A stretch of DNA of 64,000 bases from Eledone cirrhosa (lineage: Eukaryota), in contig OZ024742.1 of assembly GCA_964016885.1 (NCBI GenBank), forward strand, positions 135,036,001 through 135,100,000. Direction: 5' to 3'. Each line of letters begins with the position of its first letter. The first letter of the stretch is position 1. The translations under genes and the position numbers were made by a program. Shown piece by piece: positions 1-14,607 of the stretch. A model generated the notes under the pieces. That model worked only from the letters and a program-made list of their open reading frames with translations. It did no database searches and was not told the DNA's origin.

Positions 1-1445
1 TTTGCCTGTTCCAGCCATCCGGCTGAGGCCATGCTGGGGCAGCCCCCTTGTTGCTACAGATTTTATCTCCAGTGTGTATTGGTTGGCCACTGGTGCAAGA
101 GGGAGTTTGTTGCTGCTGCCCTTAGGTTTCCCTCGTGCCTTGCCGTGGGCTCATCCGGGATCCTGGATAGCAAGGTGTCGAGATGTTTCTTGAAGATATC
201 CACACCATGCAGATATCTCAGATCCCTCGGCAGCTCTTTGAAGATTTGAGGGCCTTGAACTCCAGGCTATTGCAATATCTGCTCCTTATTCTAGATGTGG
301 AAGACGGGACCTTTGGCACAAAACAGTGACGTCGTGTTCGACGGTTGGTCCAGCTCCCATTGCCAAAGTTTGGTGCTAGTCCCTCCAGGACTTTCCATAT
401 GTAGATCACTGCGTATCTCTCCCGTCTTCGTTCCAAGGAGTAGAGGTTCAGTTATTTTAGCCTCACCCAGTAGCTTATCTCCTTCATCGTGGCAATCCTG
501 TTGGTGTAGCTTCGCTGGATTGCCTCAAGCTCGGTGATTAGTTTGACACTATTGGGTGACCACAACTGGGAACAATAATGCGTAACTGTGTTGTGCTGTA
601 TTTGTGTTTGAATGATTGTATTGTAGGGCTTGGAATTTGCCAGCAGTAAACTGCTTGTTGTTGTCTTCCGCCCATTTGTATATGTCATCCAGATATGGTT
701 GTAAAAGGGCAGCGTCAGCCGGGTTTTTGATTGCCTGTGCTACCTTAGTATCATCAACATAGCTAGTGAGGGATGTTGTTGTATGTACTACAGAGGGCAT
801 GTCTGAGAGAGCCACCAAAAACAGTAGTGGTCCCAGCACTGTGCCTTGGGTACCCTGCTTGTTATTGATGTTTCCTTTGAGAGGGCTGCGTTTGCTGCGA
901 CTGTCTGGCTTCTGTCCTTTAAGAAGTCGTACAACAACTAACCTACTTTTCCAATTATGCCGAGTCCGTGTAGTTTGTGACATATCATTCCGTGGTCGAC
1001 CTTGTCAAAGGCCTTCACAAAGTCAAGATATATCACTTCAACATGTGAGCTGTCTAGCAGTTGTTTCACTATCCAGTCGTAGTCATGTAGCAGCTGTGTA
1101 AGGCAGCTTCTTCCTGGGCGAAAGCCATGCTGCATGCTGGTCAGGCGGTCATTTTCCTCGGGGAAAGTGATCAGTTTCTTTCTGATGACTCGCTCCATGA
1201 CCTTACTGATATGTGACATCAGGCAGACTGGCCTATAGTTTTTCGCCGCCGCTCTGCTACCTCCTTTATGGATAGGGAATATTGTGCCTGCTTTTAGCTC
1301 CCTGGGTAGTATACCGCTAGCCAGGGAACTTCTCAACATTATCTTCAGTGGAGTTGCTAAGGCCCGCTTACGTGTTTTTAAGAGGACTGCTGGGAATCCA
1401 TCAGGTCCAGCAGCTGCGTCTATTCTAATTTCATCTATGGCGTAT
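1..1445 (-). mobile_element. 5'-truncated CR1/L2-group LINE with frameshifted reverse transcriptase and 3' UTR
   Basis: Consecutive minus-strand ORF pieces carry RT motifs GPDGFP, NYRPVCLMSHISKVMER, QHGFRPGRSC, YLDFVKAFDKVDH, QGTVLGPLLF and YVDDTK, then C-terminal YCSQLWSP and ERRRERYAVIYIWKVL. Several frameshifts separate them. Confidence 0.9.
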
Positions 1446-1465
1446 ATACACATTTATATATATAC

Positions 1466-1522
<57 letters not shown>

Positions 1523-2491
1523 GAGGGAGAGAAAGAGAGAGAGTATTGTGCGTGTCTGCGCAGCTACTTAAGTACATAACCGTGATAACTGCAATATAGA
1601 ACAAAGGAAATATGTGAAATAACAAAAGAGACATTTTGTTTAGAAGGAATGCAGAAGCATGCGCAAAGAACCGATTTTAGCTCTTCAGAACGAGAGAGAA
1701 TATTCGAGAAATATACATGGATATATTTAGAGATTCATATATAGGCAGAGTATATAACCTTGTGGGACAGAGTACGGATCGAGGAACGCATGGAAATTCG
1801 TCTTAAATGTATGTATATATATATATATAGTAATAATAATAAAATTGAAGACTAAAATCCAAAGAGGGCTCGATAAGGAAAATATATATCAAATATATAA
1901 GAACCGTAGAGCAAAAAAAAATATATATATATATATAAAATATTAATATAATAATGAATAAAACAAAGAAACAGTTCCTTATATTAAACAAAAAAAGTTC
2001 ATTATTTTACGATCGTTTCTAGGAGATATATGTGTTAGAATTGGTATGCATATTCAAAAGATCTATGTACAAAATTATACAAACTATCAAGGAGAATATA
2101 CATACCATCACATATATATGCTGTCTTCAGAAATAATGATGTATATTTATTGATAATAACAACAATTCAAAATTACAGGTCTGTTTGGGAACAGATTTTA
2201 AATAGACCAATGAAATACATAAAAATTCATCAAGAAAATACAGTTAGGTGTGTGTATATATGTAAGTAAATTCGTTCACAGATATGCATAAAAATGTATG
2301 TTCATATGCATACGCATGTTGAAAAAGTGTATGTAAATATAAAAATTTAGGGCTAATGTATCTGTATGTTTACAATCTACAGACAAAATATACATATATA
2401 TACATATATATATATATATACATATATACACACATATACATACATGCATACACACACACGTATATATACATAACCACACACATACATACGA

Positions 2492-2522
<31 letters not shown>

Positions 2523-2759
2523 TACGTATATATTATTATTATAACTATATGGATATTGAGGCGCTCACATAAACACGCCCACACACACTTACATTTAGAT
2601 GCAGAAGTAAAGGAGGTAAGGGAGTAAGTAATTAAAGGAAAGTGTCAAACTCGGCATATTTATAAAAATGTATCCATAAAGTTAGAAATAAAAAAAACAA
2701 TTTTTTTATAGAAGGAAAACACTTAAAAACGGGGGAACAAAAAATAAGGGGGGGGGGTA

Positions 2760-3447
<688 letters not shown>

Positions 3448-5589
3448 GTTTCGTTGACAAGTATATTAATGTGCACAGGCAGACAGATGTATTGCCCTTG
3501 TTATGACAGTGTGGTTTTAGCTCATTGCAGGATAACTAGTATGCTACAGAGCCGTAATACGTTTATGAATAACCAAAGAGTGCTTAGAAATACATTGTTT
3601 CATTTGCTAACAGTGATTAATGCATACCCTAGGGCAGGAATCATCGGACCTTATAAACAAAAATATATCAAAGGTTGTAGGTTCCATCGAGATTTGTGTC
3701 CAGAACAAGGATAAAAGACAAGTAGGGGGTCTCGAGGCCAGCGCTGTATAGAATAACCCATAATACATGATACATATAATGCCATAACAAATTACATTAA
3801 AAGTTTATCACATAAATGGTGCAATATATCATAAGGAGGTTGAGAGAGGAGAGCAAGAAATGAATGAGGGTGTTATTCAGCATGATCAAAAAACAAAACA
3901 AAGCATAGACACATCAATTCACAAGCAGTGCAAACACAGGATTTACAAGCAGATTATGAAAGCTTGTAAGCAGGAGTCAGTAAAAAGAAAAGTTGGTTAG
4001 CTGTAGTGCAGAATCACAGGCAGGATTGTTTATAGGAAAGATGGTACACTCCAGTGGTATCGCCTTGTAACAGGTCGATTTCTCCGTATCAGACCACAAC
4101 CCACCATCCATTGGTTCCGGTTTCAAGAGTTAGGCGAGTTAATATTAGGTTTCCAAACACACACATAGAGGATTTCTCCACAGAGGCAGTCTGCAATAAA
4201 CACTTTAAATCTAAAATAAAGTACAATGAAGTTAAATAAAGTACACGCACTGCTGGCACTCCAATGAAGAAAGTGAAAATAAAACAGGTCCGCAATATCT
4301 GCTATCTCTTAAAGTCTTCACGTTCGGTCACGCAACCCAACGTCCCATGTGAAATACAATGTATGGCCGAGTCGGCATCGAACTAAAGTGCCATACAATA
4401 TGTAAATATACCTCAGTAAATGCTATTCGTAATGGCTAGTCAGTCGCGTAGATAGAAAGCGAATTATTACCAAGGGCAGAGTGAAAGAAAAGCAGTGATG
4501 GTTACGTTAATAAGCGAGCTTATTAGAATAAGTGTAAATTTCTGGTGTGTGCAAGTACTGCAGAAGATATAGTAAACTCACGGCTAAAACTGCTAAAGAC
4601 AACATTGTTGTTTACATGTTCACCACGTGGTCTTCGTGTTGATTACTGAGTCTGGAGGTTGTAATCTTTTCACAGTCGGATATAACCCCTCCTGGGTCGG
4701 CTGGATAATAACATCAACTGTCGCGCCTTGCCTTGAATGTGGTTTTATAATTTATCATATTTGAAGCACAATTCATATTCCACAATTTCAAAAGTTACCT
4801 TCCCGTTAGTAACTCACAACGGTTTTCAAAATACGAGCGCAGGAAGTCGTTGTGCGCCTACGAAAAGTATGGGAGACAGCTCACGTCATAAAGGGCGGAT
4901 TCATTAGATATCCCCGGAACGCCTGGGGCAAATTCCTTGTTCGATTCAAACCCTTTAGCAACCAGTTACCCATTCTTTCCGGGGTTTGATCGATCCTGTG
5001 GCACTATATTATGTTGGGTCTATCTCACACGCTATGGTCAAGGCTATCTGGAGCCAAGATGTCCAAGTGAACCGCCTTATAGTTGTGGCGGAGTACGTTG
5101 GGCTTTCGATGAACTAATAGGCTGTGCTATCAGTTAGCGCACCATGAGTATGTTTATAAACCATATCCCATTGGTTATTATGGGTAGGTGCCTGTATAGG
5201 GTCGAACTGTGCTGGGTAGAGTGAAAAGGCCTTAAATAGGTTGTACCATATGGGTTATTGGCTTAAGGTAAAAATATGAATGAAAGAAAAAAGTAAGAGA
5301 GAAGGAAGAAAAGAGGAGAAGAGCCAATATACACTAAATAAACGTGGAGTGGGGTCGGGTCTGGTGAGGGTTGCCAGAGATCAGGCGGAACCAAAGAGAG
5401 GTCCCCAGTGAGGTGCCGATGCAGGTCATGTCATACAAGGTTGTTCTAGGAGGGTACAGTGCCGTATATGGTTATCTAATGGGTAATGTGAGCCTACCCA
5501 TTTCAGTTATGGTCACAGAGGAATTAGGATGAAGGGTGGCGTGGTTTTACGTAGGTTTGATAGGAAGGAGGAGTGCATGTTAGCTAATT

Positions 5590-6440
5590 GGTCTAAACTA
5601 GCAGAAGGAGCTAAGATTTATGTGCGGGCAAGAAGAGAATATTTCCGATTTCCTATTTAACAAGTTCAATTTGGAGTATATTATGGCATGTGACTCCATT
5701 CAATTCAATTCAATTCAATATATTTGGCAGAAAATAAAACATAGATGCTTCAGATGCCATGTAAGGAGGGGAGGGCGGCAACATTTACACAGTCGGAAAC
5801 ACAGTGGTCCAACGCCGGTCCAATTTCGCCTTGAATTGTTGTGTGGTTGACGCATTGACTACTTCTTCTGGAAACCGATGCTAGGGGGTCTGTACTGCCA
5901 TGATTTAGTGATAACACTCCAATTAAGCGTGTATTGAATATGGGTGTTCTTCAGGTGAGAGGTGTTAGTAGCTAGTGGTGTGCTATTCTTAAGTTTATCA
6001 TGTTTGAACGTATAAAGATGGGTGTTGTACCTAGCCTATATATATGTTTTGGAAGAGGTCCGAGTTGTAATTTCGCAAGCATAGACAATATTGTTTATAA
6101 GACATTCAGGGGGCATTCCGCCTTTCGTCTACATTTACAGTTGCGGTGTATATTATTCTGCAGTACTGGAGATGGTTGGTTTTCCGTATGTCACTGATTT
6201 GGCAACCGTTCATCAGATGTGTGTATAGCACTGCAGGGTGACGCCGCATCCGGTCCATGTAGTGGCTGCGGGTATCCCGCAGATGCAATGGTATCAAAAC
6301 CCTTTCTAATTTTGTTGTTGTTCATGGGGGCTAGGTGACGAGCTAAATTTGGAGTGGTGGAGAATGATAGCTTAACTGTGTTTTTATTAATGATGCTATG
6401 GTATTTACTACCGGGGGGGGACACATTATTTGGTTATTCA
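5590..6440 (-). mobile_element. Penelope-like element remnant: GIY-YIG endonuclease region, interrupted
   Basis: Manual translation gives KYHSIINKNTVKLSFSTTPNLA, ECPLN-CLINNIVYACEIT..KTYI and LLNRKSEIFSSCPH. It parallels the plus-strand copy at 61.5-62.3 kb. Sequence down to about 3430 may be the 3' non-coding part of the same element. Confidence 0.75.
5697..5880 (-). mobile_element. 3' end of a CR1-type LINE nested inside the PLE remnant
   Basis: Minus strand reads EEVVNASTTQQFKAKLDRRWTTVFPTV*, followed by a short UTR and a (TTGAA)n tail. PLE coding similarity resumes on the other side. Confidence 0.7.
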
Positions 6441-6685
6441 TAAACGTATATATACATATATATATGTGTGTGTGTATGTGTGTGTATGTGTGTGTGTGTA
6501 CGCATGTATCTATGTATTCATGTATGCATATGTATACGAGGATTTATAGAGAGAAGGCGTGAGTGGAAAAGATGGTTACATAGGAAGCTACGTAGCTAGA
6601 TATATAGATCATAACACAAAGACATATACGTTAATGTGTATGTATGAATGTGTGTATGTATGCGCGCGTGTGTGTGTGTGTAGAA

Positions 6686-6719
<34 letters not shown>

Positions 6720-7203
6720 TGGTGCATAGAAAAAACGCATGTATAAAATGGAGGTGGCTTTGTTCGAATAATAAGCGTAAAGAAATAAAAGAGAAAAATT
6801 GCAAATATTAAATAAAAGCGGGTGGGGGGTATTACTGAGATTAAGGAAAAGGAAAATAGAGAAAATTATTACAGGGTTGGTGCGACAAAAATAAATAGAG
6901 ATATAAAGTATTTATGTAAAAGGGACAGACATATAAAAAGGAGATAGAGAGTGAGCGTAAGATATGGTGACAGAGAGAGGGAGACAGGGAGGTGTAAAAT
7001 ATTTCCGCGCTAATAACAATATCATATATCATTTGTTCCACCTATCCACTCCCTGCTTTGTGCCAATGGAAAGAGAATATAAATTCAGACAAAAGGATGA
7101 ACGGTGTAGTGTAGAATGTGGCGGGTTTTCTGGAGAACGACGAGATGGATGAGAGATGAAATTTCCGTGGTATGTGTGTGTAAATGTATGTTGATTCGTA
7201 TGT

Positions 7204-7278
<75 letters not shown>

Positions 7279-7667
7279 TGTGTGGGGGGGTTGGTGGGTG
7301 TGTGTATGTGTGTGTATGTGTGCTTGCGCGTGTGTGTGGTTTTTTGTCTGTGAATGTTTGTGGTACTGACGATGAGTGAGGGAAGAACAATAGGTCAAAG
7401 GTTACGGGAACTTGGGCAGTGGCTAATTTTACCAAGATTCTGCAGCCATCTGTCGGATGCTACTGCTGTTGTCAGTGCTGTTGCAGTTCTTGCTTCTGCA
7501 GCTGCTGCTGTCCTTATTTGTGCTATGAATCTATCAGGGAGTATGTTGGCATAGAATGGAGAAACGTGGTGAGAATTATTGCAAAATAACTAAATAACAA
7601 AAGAATGTAAAAACAACCACAACAACAACAACAACAACAACGATAATAATAATAATAATAATAATAA

Positions 7668-7711
<44 letters not shown>

Positions 7712-8105
7712 AACAACAACATCAAGGATAATAACCGACTGAACCCTCACGATTTCCATCCTTCAAATACCTCCATAACTGAATTGCGAATCTTTCTCGT
7801 GTCGTATCACCGTCTTCCTTAAAATTCTCATGAGGGAGGAAGTGATATAGAAAAGAGTGTGTTATAGAAAGTGAGGTCACAGTCATTGTCGTAAAAGTAG
7901 TGTTATATCAGGTCATAATGTCGATCAGTTTTATAACACAGTCAAACCAACAAAACCAGCACTTTTGATATTTCCACTCACGTTTTGCCAAGCTGTAACT
8001 CCACCAGCCAAAAATAAATAATAAAACAAAACAAAACAAAAAAAAAGAAACGTTTGAAAGAAACACAGCGAGATAGAACAAGAAAGAAGAGAATGTAAGG
8101 TATTC

Positions 8106-8136
<31 letters not shown>

Positions 8137-8249
8137 TATATATAGAGAGAGAGACAGAGAGAGAAAGAGAGAATAATATGTACGATAGCAGAAAGATATA
8201 AAATAAAGGAAGTATTTCAACATATATACTTACAAATGGACGCATAAAT

Positions 8250-8300
<51 letters not shown>

Positions 8301-8301
<1 letters not shown>

Positions 8302-8489
8302 CGAAGGAAATGTGGTAAGGAACCAGGTGGACCTTAGCGAACCAAAGTACTCAATACTTACCGTAGTAGAGTGGGTAATAGGAACGAGTAGCTCAAGCCG
8401 TTACGACGGCTAGTCTTGGACTAAAATGATTTTAGTCCAAAATTAGCCGTCGAAACGGCGTGAGCTCAGCCGTCGGGGTCCTACTCGTT

Positions 8490-8492
<3 letters not shown>
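8301..8492. mobile_element. Fold-back non-autonomous element (probable PLE tail), copy 1
   Basis: An imperfect hairpin spans about 8378-8492 and is centred on GACTAAAAT-G-ATTTTAGTC. (TA)n flanks both sides. Near-identical to 12202-12485. Confidence 0.7.
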
Positions 8493-8531
<39 letters not shown>

Positions 8532-8533
8532 TA

Positions 8534-8815
8534 CAGTTGTCCCCCGTTATTCGCGGGGATTATGTTCCTAGAACGCCAGCAATGTGTAAAAAAACGCGAA
8601 AATTGGACGTGGTCCATAAAAATACCTATAAACGTCAAAGTATGACCTAGAATATGATCAAAAAAGAGGAAACATCTTATACGAAGGGACGTTCAATGGG
8701 CCGGCAAATACGGTATATTGGTATTAATAATCTAGCGCTAAAAAATATATTGCTTCGAAAAAAGCCATTAAAAAATCGCGGGAGATATTTACGATTCCGT
8801 GAATACGCAGTGGTT
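8534..8815 (+). mobile_element. Tigger/pogo-like non-autonomous DNA transposon fragment
   Basis: Begins TA|CAGTTGTCCCCCGTTATTCGCGGGGATTATGTTCC, resembling Tigger/MER2-type termini. No intact right TIR is seen. Confidence 0.5.
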
Positions 8816-8829
8816 TCCACGAACAATTA

Positions 8830-8993
<164 letters not shown>

Positions 8994-9165
8994 TACGGGA
9001 TGTTTGTTTACAAACACACCGAGCAGTATAATAAATGTTCGGTGAATCCATACGTACATATATATATATATGTGTGCATGTATGTATATATATATACATA
9101 CTACTGTACGTCTGTATACATATATGTATGTACGTGTACATACTTATATATATTTATATATATAC

Positions 9166-9202
<37 letters not shown>

Positions 9203-9209
9203 CATATAT

Positions 9210-9281
<72 letters not shown>

Positions 9282-9330
9282 TTTATGTTTGAGTGTGTCT
9301 GTGTGCATAGTCCGAGTGAAAATGACTAAT

Positions 9331-9445
9331 AACTGTTTCTACTTTTGGCACAAGCCCAGCAAATATCCAGTGTATTACTGGTACTTTACTTTATCGATCC
9401 CGTAAGTATGAAAGGCAAAGTTAACCTCGTGGGGATTTGAAATGA
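9331..9445 (-). mobile_element. tRNA-derived SINE family A, truncated copy
   Basis: Matches the window consensus TTTTATCGACCCCGTAAGGATGAAAGGCAAAGTTAACCTC on the plus strand. Confidence 0.85.
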
Positions 9446-9499
9446 CTAATAATAATAGTTTAGCACTATAAACCATAGTTAAATAACCTATGGTAAAAC

Positions 9500-9600
9500 A
9501 CTCCTGGAGATGAAAATAAAGTGGACAGGCGGTACCTGTGAGGATTCAATACACACATCTCTCGGATGCCACGAGAGTACGCCATACATTACACTGAGCG
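9500..9600 (-). mobile_element. Degenerate tRNA-like head (SINE or tRNA pseudogene)
   Basis: Minus strand has a CTCTCG-TGGCATC-CGAGAG anticodon-like hairpin and a degraded T-arm GTATTGAATCC. There is no complete cloverleaf. Confidence 0.35.
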
Positions 9601-9919
9601 TTGTTTAGAAGATTCTAATCCAGTATCTAGAAATAGCTCTCCTGGAGTCACCTCAAAATCAACTTATTGTAAAATACATTCACATATTTGCTCCTGGTTC
9701 AGGGCCCTTAAAAAATACGAGCGCAGAGAAATAATAGCGTCTCTGCACGATATCGAATGAATTACACATGTCAAACAGCAAACGCCATCAAAATAATGTT
9801 GTTCTTTTTCAAACTCTGTACACATTTACACTAATAACAGAAGAAAATCTACTTTTTGTGAACAAATTCTTCTGCAAAATTAAAAATCAGAAAATACTAT
9901 ATCCTCCTATCATATATAC

Positions 9920-10137
9920 CAGGCATTTGTAACTGAGGGTACCTCGAGGCTTACATGGGTTACATATATGTTGTCTGAGGGCCACACACAATAACTAATT
10001 GCGAACATTACAACACATTTTTTTGTTTTATATTACGAAGATAAAACGTGTTCGCGCTGTAAAAATCTCTGTGCGGGCCGCAGGTGTGGTTGTAAAGGGA
10101 TGCATATGGCCCACGGGCTGCATGTTTCGCATGCCTG
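9920..10137. mobile_element. hAT (Buster/Charlie-type) MITE
   Basis: Termini CAGGCAT...ATGCCTG, subterminal GGCCCACGGGCTG and GCGGGCCGC motifs, and 8-bp flanks ATATATAC / ATTTATAC (7 of 8 identical, central TA). Confidence 0.7.
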
Positions 10138-10746
10138 ATTTATACCATGTTTAATAGGCCTAAGCTATGCTATTAAATGATTAGAAACAATTTTAGTTTC
10201 TAAGGCAGTCAGCACCCTTTTTTAAGCGGCTGTGAAAAGTATTGATCAAACCGTTCTAAAGGGAAAGGTGTTTTTGTGTGGCACTACCCAAATGTCCTGA
10301 CATCTGAAATCCCATTTCCACAGAAATCTACTTCATGAAAAACATCTCTAATACAGCCTTCCTCTTGCTGAGTAATTTTCCTTTATGGCATTTGTTTTGA
10401 GTCCTCCATTTTTACGATATAAATTACTCATAGCACAATCACGTTCTAGACCGTAAATGTCTGACCACCTGACCAGATATAAACCATAGTAGAGATACGA
10501 CTGCACACAATATCATGTACTGCCTTCATCAATTTCATAATGCTGTTTGATGGTTTGCATTTTTTTCATCTGCTTCCACATGTCCTTCAAACCGCATTCT
10601 TATCATTCATGATATCTATACGAGCGTAAATACAGGCACAAGCGCACACCCTCAAGTGCATGTTCACAAACACAAACACAGACATATACTCATATACATA
10701 CATATACATACATATATACATAAATGTATGTGTGTGTATGTATATG

Positions 10747-10836
<90 letters not shown>

Positions 10837-12143
10837 CACACACACACACACATATATATATAAATATATATATATATATACTCAAGGATTCTCTTATCAA
10901 TTTTCCGTCAAATTGTTAAAATGTAAATATGTGGTTCGCTAATCAGAGCCTAATAAGATCGAAACATATCCATGGTTGTCTCCCATAATTAATGAAATTA
11001 TCGAGCTAATATTATCAGTGAGGATTATGTTTCATTTTCTATACACCATAATAACTGTATTAAGTATTATCTATATCTGGATATGTAATATACTGATAAA
11101 TGCACCGCACATAGTCTTTAGAGAATTACAACTGTTTAATTTACTTAAACAGCACTTTATCGCACAGATGGTAGTGTTTCACGCCAGCAGTAGAATCGAA
11201 CGGAAAAATTACTTCTTATACTAAGATTAACATAATGAGATGCCTAGTATTTGTTTCACTATGATACAATGCTTGCTGATTGCTAAAATGGGTGTATATA
11301 CTCCACATATCATGATGGCTTCCATGAGTCAGAAAAACTAACCATCGGATCTTTTTGCTGAAATATTGCAGGATAGATGAATAATTTTGATAAATGTATT
11401 GTTGCGTTAATAGGTCACTTGTCCATTATTTATGAAGATGGTGCTACACTTAATGTGCATACATTTTTTTTTTTTCAGTTCATAAAACTGAAATTCTTTT
11501 CCGCTATCCTCTGTCATTATTTGGATTAGAGGCAGATATTTCTGCATAAAATACTGCATCACTGTGAGGTTACTTTCCTCAAAAGAACGTGTTTTCCATT
11601 CTTATCCATTCCGTGAGCTGTGTGAATGTAACTTTAAAGTATTCTGGCATAAAATAGAACGGAAAATATGCAGCTAATTTGCACTGACAAATCAATAAGT
11701 ATCAATTCAAAATCATATCGCGTAAAGCAATCCGACACCATTTATTTCTTTGGTGGCTGTTCTATTTCCTACTAAGATGTTAGTTATCTATGTTAGGATG
11801 TTTGCCTCTAGGTCAGCATCGAAGAAACTACCTTATAAGCAAAGGTATGACCACCCATTTCTTACGTATGGATACCCATATACTATGTTGTCAAATAGAA
11901 GTATATAGCCAATCATGAGTATAAGAAAATTGCGATAGAAAGCTAACTCTGTGCTATAAAAGATAGGTGACCAGACACGATGGCATAGTTAAAGAATTAG
12001 ATTAATGAATATATTTTCCAGACAACACGTACTTCATTGTAAACACTTTACATACAACATTTGATGTATCAGTTAAAACTTCACACAAACTCTCTTTCGC
12101 TCTATTTATCTCTTTATACATGTATAATATTAATATGTATGAA

Positions 12144-12201
<58 letters not shown>

Positions 12202-12202
<1 letters not shown>

Positions 12203-12480
12203 CGAAGGAAATGTGGTAAGAAACCAGATGGATTATAACGCACCAAAGTACTCAATACTTACGGTAGTAGAGTGGGTAATAGGAACGAGTAGGACCCCGA
12301 CGGCTGAGCTCAAGCCGTTTCGACGGCTAATTCTGGACTGTGTATGTGTGTTTGTTGTTGGGTGTGTGTCCGCGATTGTCTGATTATAGATTGTCTGATT
12401 ATAGAATATAACTCTTTCAGTTTGAGTCCAGAATTAGCCGTCGAAACGGCTTAAGCTCAGCCGTCGGGCTCCTACTAGTT

Positions 12481-12485
<5 letters not shown>
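12202..12485. mobile_element. Fold-back non-autonomous element (probable PLE tail), copy 2
   Basis: Inverted arms at 12279-12339 and 12425-12485 (61 bp, about 3 mismatches), flanked by (TA)n. Confidence 0.75.
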
Positions 12486-12525
<40 letters not shown>

Positions 12526-12609
12526 AGTGAGTTAGAAACTCAGAGTAGTCTCTTACAATTAAATAGCTCTAAGAAAAAAGCTTTTCCGAGCCGCGTAATA
12601 TAATTGAAT

Positions 12610-13035
12610 AAAGAAGGGAGATGAACACACATATAAACATGCATGTGTTCGTATTGCTAACCAGGCTGCTATTTCTAGCGGCATGGGATTTCGAGATAAG
12701 CTGGGTTCTGAAGACACGTGCGCTAACTCATATCGCACACAATTCAGTATCCTAATATTTTTTAAAATGAAAGGATCGCTAATTTCTCAACAACTACTGA
12801 AGAGCAGAGAAAGATGTGGACTTCGCTTAATAAGACGTTGCGGAACAGTCTCCAAAACTGTATAGTTGTTACCAGGCTTTTTGCCCAGTATAGATCTTTT
12901 ATTTTTCTTAATTACCTACTTAAAATAAAGTTTGACAAACCATATTACTGTAGTTAGTATTTTTTCACCCTAGCTAACCTAGTCCTTACGATACGAACAC
13001 ATGTATGTTTATATTAGTGTTCATCTCCCTTATGT
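12610..13035. mobile_element. Element with diverged inverted arms enclosing a hammerhead-like motif
   Basis: AAGGGAGATGAACAC...CATGTGTTCGTAT near 12614-12654 is inverted near 12990-13031. A related arm occurs near 42545-42625. Confidence 0.6.
12789..12870 (+). ncRNA. Type I hammerhead ribozyme-like motif with one core mismatch
   Basis: Stem I AACAACTA/TAGTTGTT, core CTGAAGA, stem II GCA...TGC, GGAA in place of GAAA, stem III CAGT/ACTG, cleavage triplet GTA. Confidence 0.6.
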
Positions 13036-13038
13036 ATA

Positions 13039-13108
<70 letters not shown>

Positions 13109-13141
13109 AAAGAATAGAGGTGTAACACACAAGTTATTATA

Positions 13142-13651
13142 TATTGGTAAACGGAATAGAAAATGCTGACAAATTGTTCACAGTTGAAAAATGGTTTAAT
13201 TAGGAATAAAAGAGTATTAGTGATTGTATGGGTTAGTATTCAGTTGTGGTTTTAAGTTTTTAAGTTTTTACCGGTTGCGCATTTCTAAATGCTTTTCAAA
13301 AATAATTTTGAGATAGAGTGTCCGTGCTGTTTGCTCTGATCTGATTAGTTTTGGGAATTCTACCTGTTTTTATGTTAAACAAGTGGCTCCAGCGTTATTT
13401 TTGTGTTGCAAAAATGCTTGTGGTCAAAACAATTTTGATTGGTCGGTAGAGGTCATGTGAATGTAAAAAGTTGATTTTGCGCCAAGACTGTTTTTATGTT
13501 AAAATGTTTAAAAAGTGGCTCCAGCAAAAATTATTGGTCAAAACAATTTTGATTGGTCGGTAGAGGTCATGTGGATAAAAAATTGGTTTTGCGCCAAGAT
13601 TGAGAAATGACTCTTTCACAACAAATATGTGTGTGTGTGTGTGTGTGTGTA

Positions 13652-13713
<62 letters not shown>

Positions 13714-13960
13714 TGTGTGTGTGTGTGTGTAGTAGTAGTAGTAAGGTGTTCGATGCTGCGACAATGGCCAGCAGCGATGTGTGTCAAATGGCTATTAAGA
13801 TAAGTGTGTGTGTGTGTGTGTATATATATAGCAGAGTCATTCGAAGGTCAAAAGATATGTTTCAGCTTTTGTCTTATACGGAGAAGTGCGTGTATGTGTG
13901 TGTGTGTGTGTGTGTATAAGTCTCTTTGTATGTTGATGTACGCGTGTGTATGTGTTTGTG

Positions 13961-13995
<35 letters not shown>

Positions 13996-14607
13996 CTGTG
14001 TGTGTGTGTGGGTGGTCCAGTATGTTTTTCCCCCTGGTAAAATGGTGTACATTATTCGATTTTTTCAGTAAAATCGGTTCTCTTAATAGAACGTCAGAAA
14101 TCTTAACAATAAAAGGTGTGAAATGATATTCACTATATATATATATATACACACACACATACATTCACTACATATATATATATATACATATATACATACA
14201 TATATATGCACATATATTTTTTTGTATTGCACCATAGAGCATGTGTGTTTACGTGTGTCATTGTGTTTATATGTGGGTAGAGATGTGTGCTGATGTAGGT
14301 ATGTATGTTGACGTGTGTATGTTGTGGGTTCGTCTTAGAGAGAAGTGTTTAGACGGGGTCCGTATTTGTTAATGAAGTAAGATTCCTTGCTGATGCGCTG
14401 GGTGTGGGTGGCATTATCTTTAAATTTGTAGAGGGGAAATATTCTGAAGTTGGGATGATTTGGGGCGGCACAGGTATCAACAGGTAAAAACTTAAAAACT
14501 TAAAACCACAACTGAATACTAACCCATACAATCACTAATACTCTTTTATTCCTAATTAAACCATTTTTCAACTGTGAACAATTTGTCAGCATTTTCTATT
14601 CCGTTTA

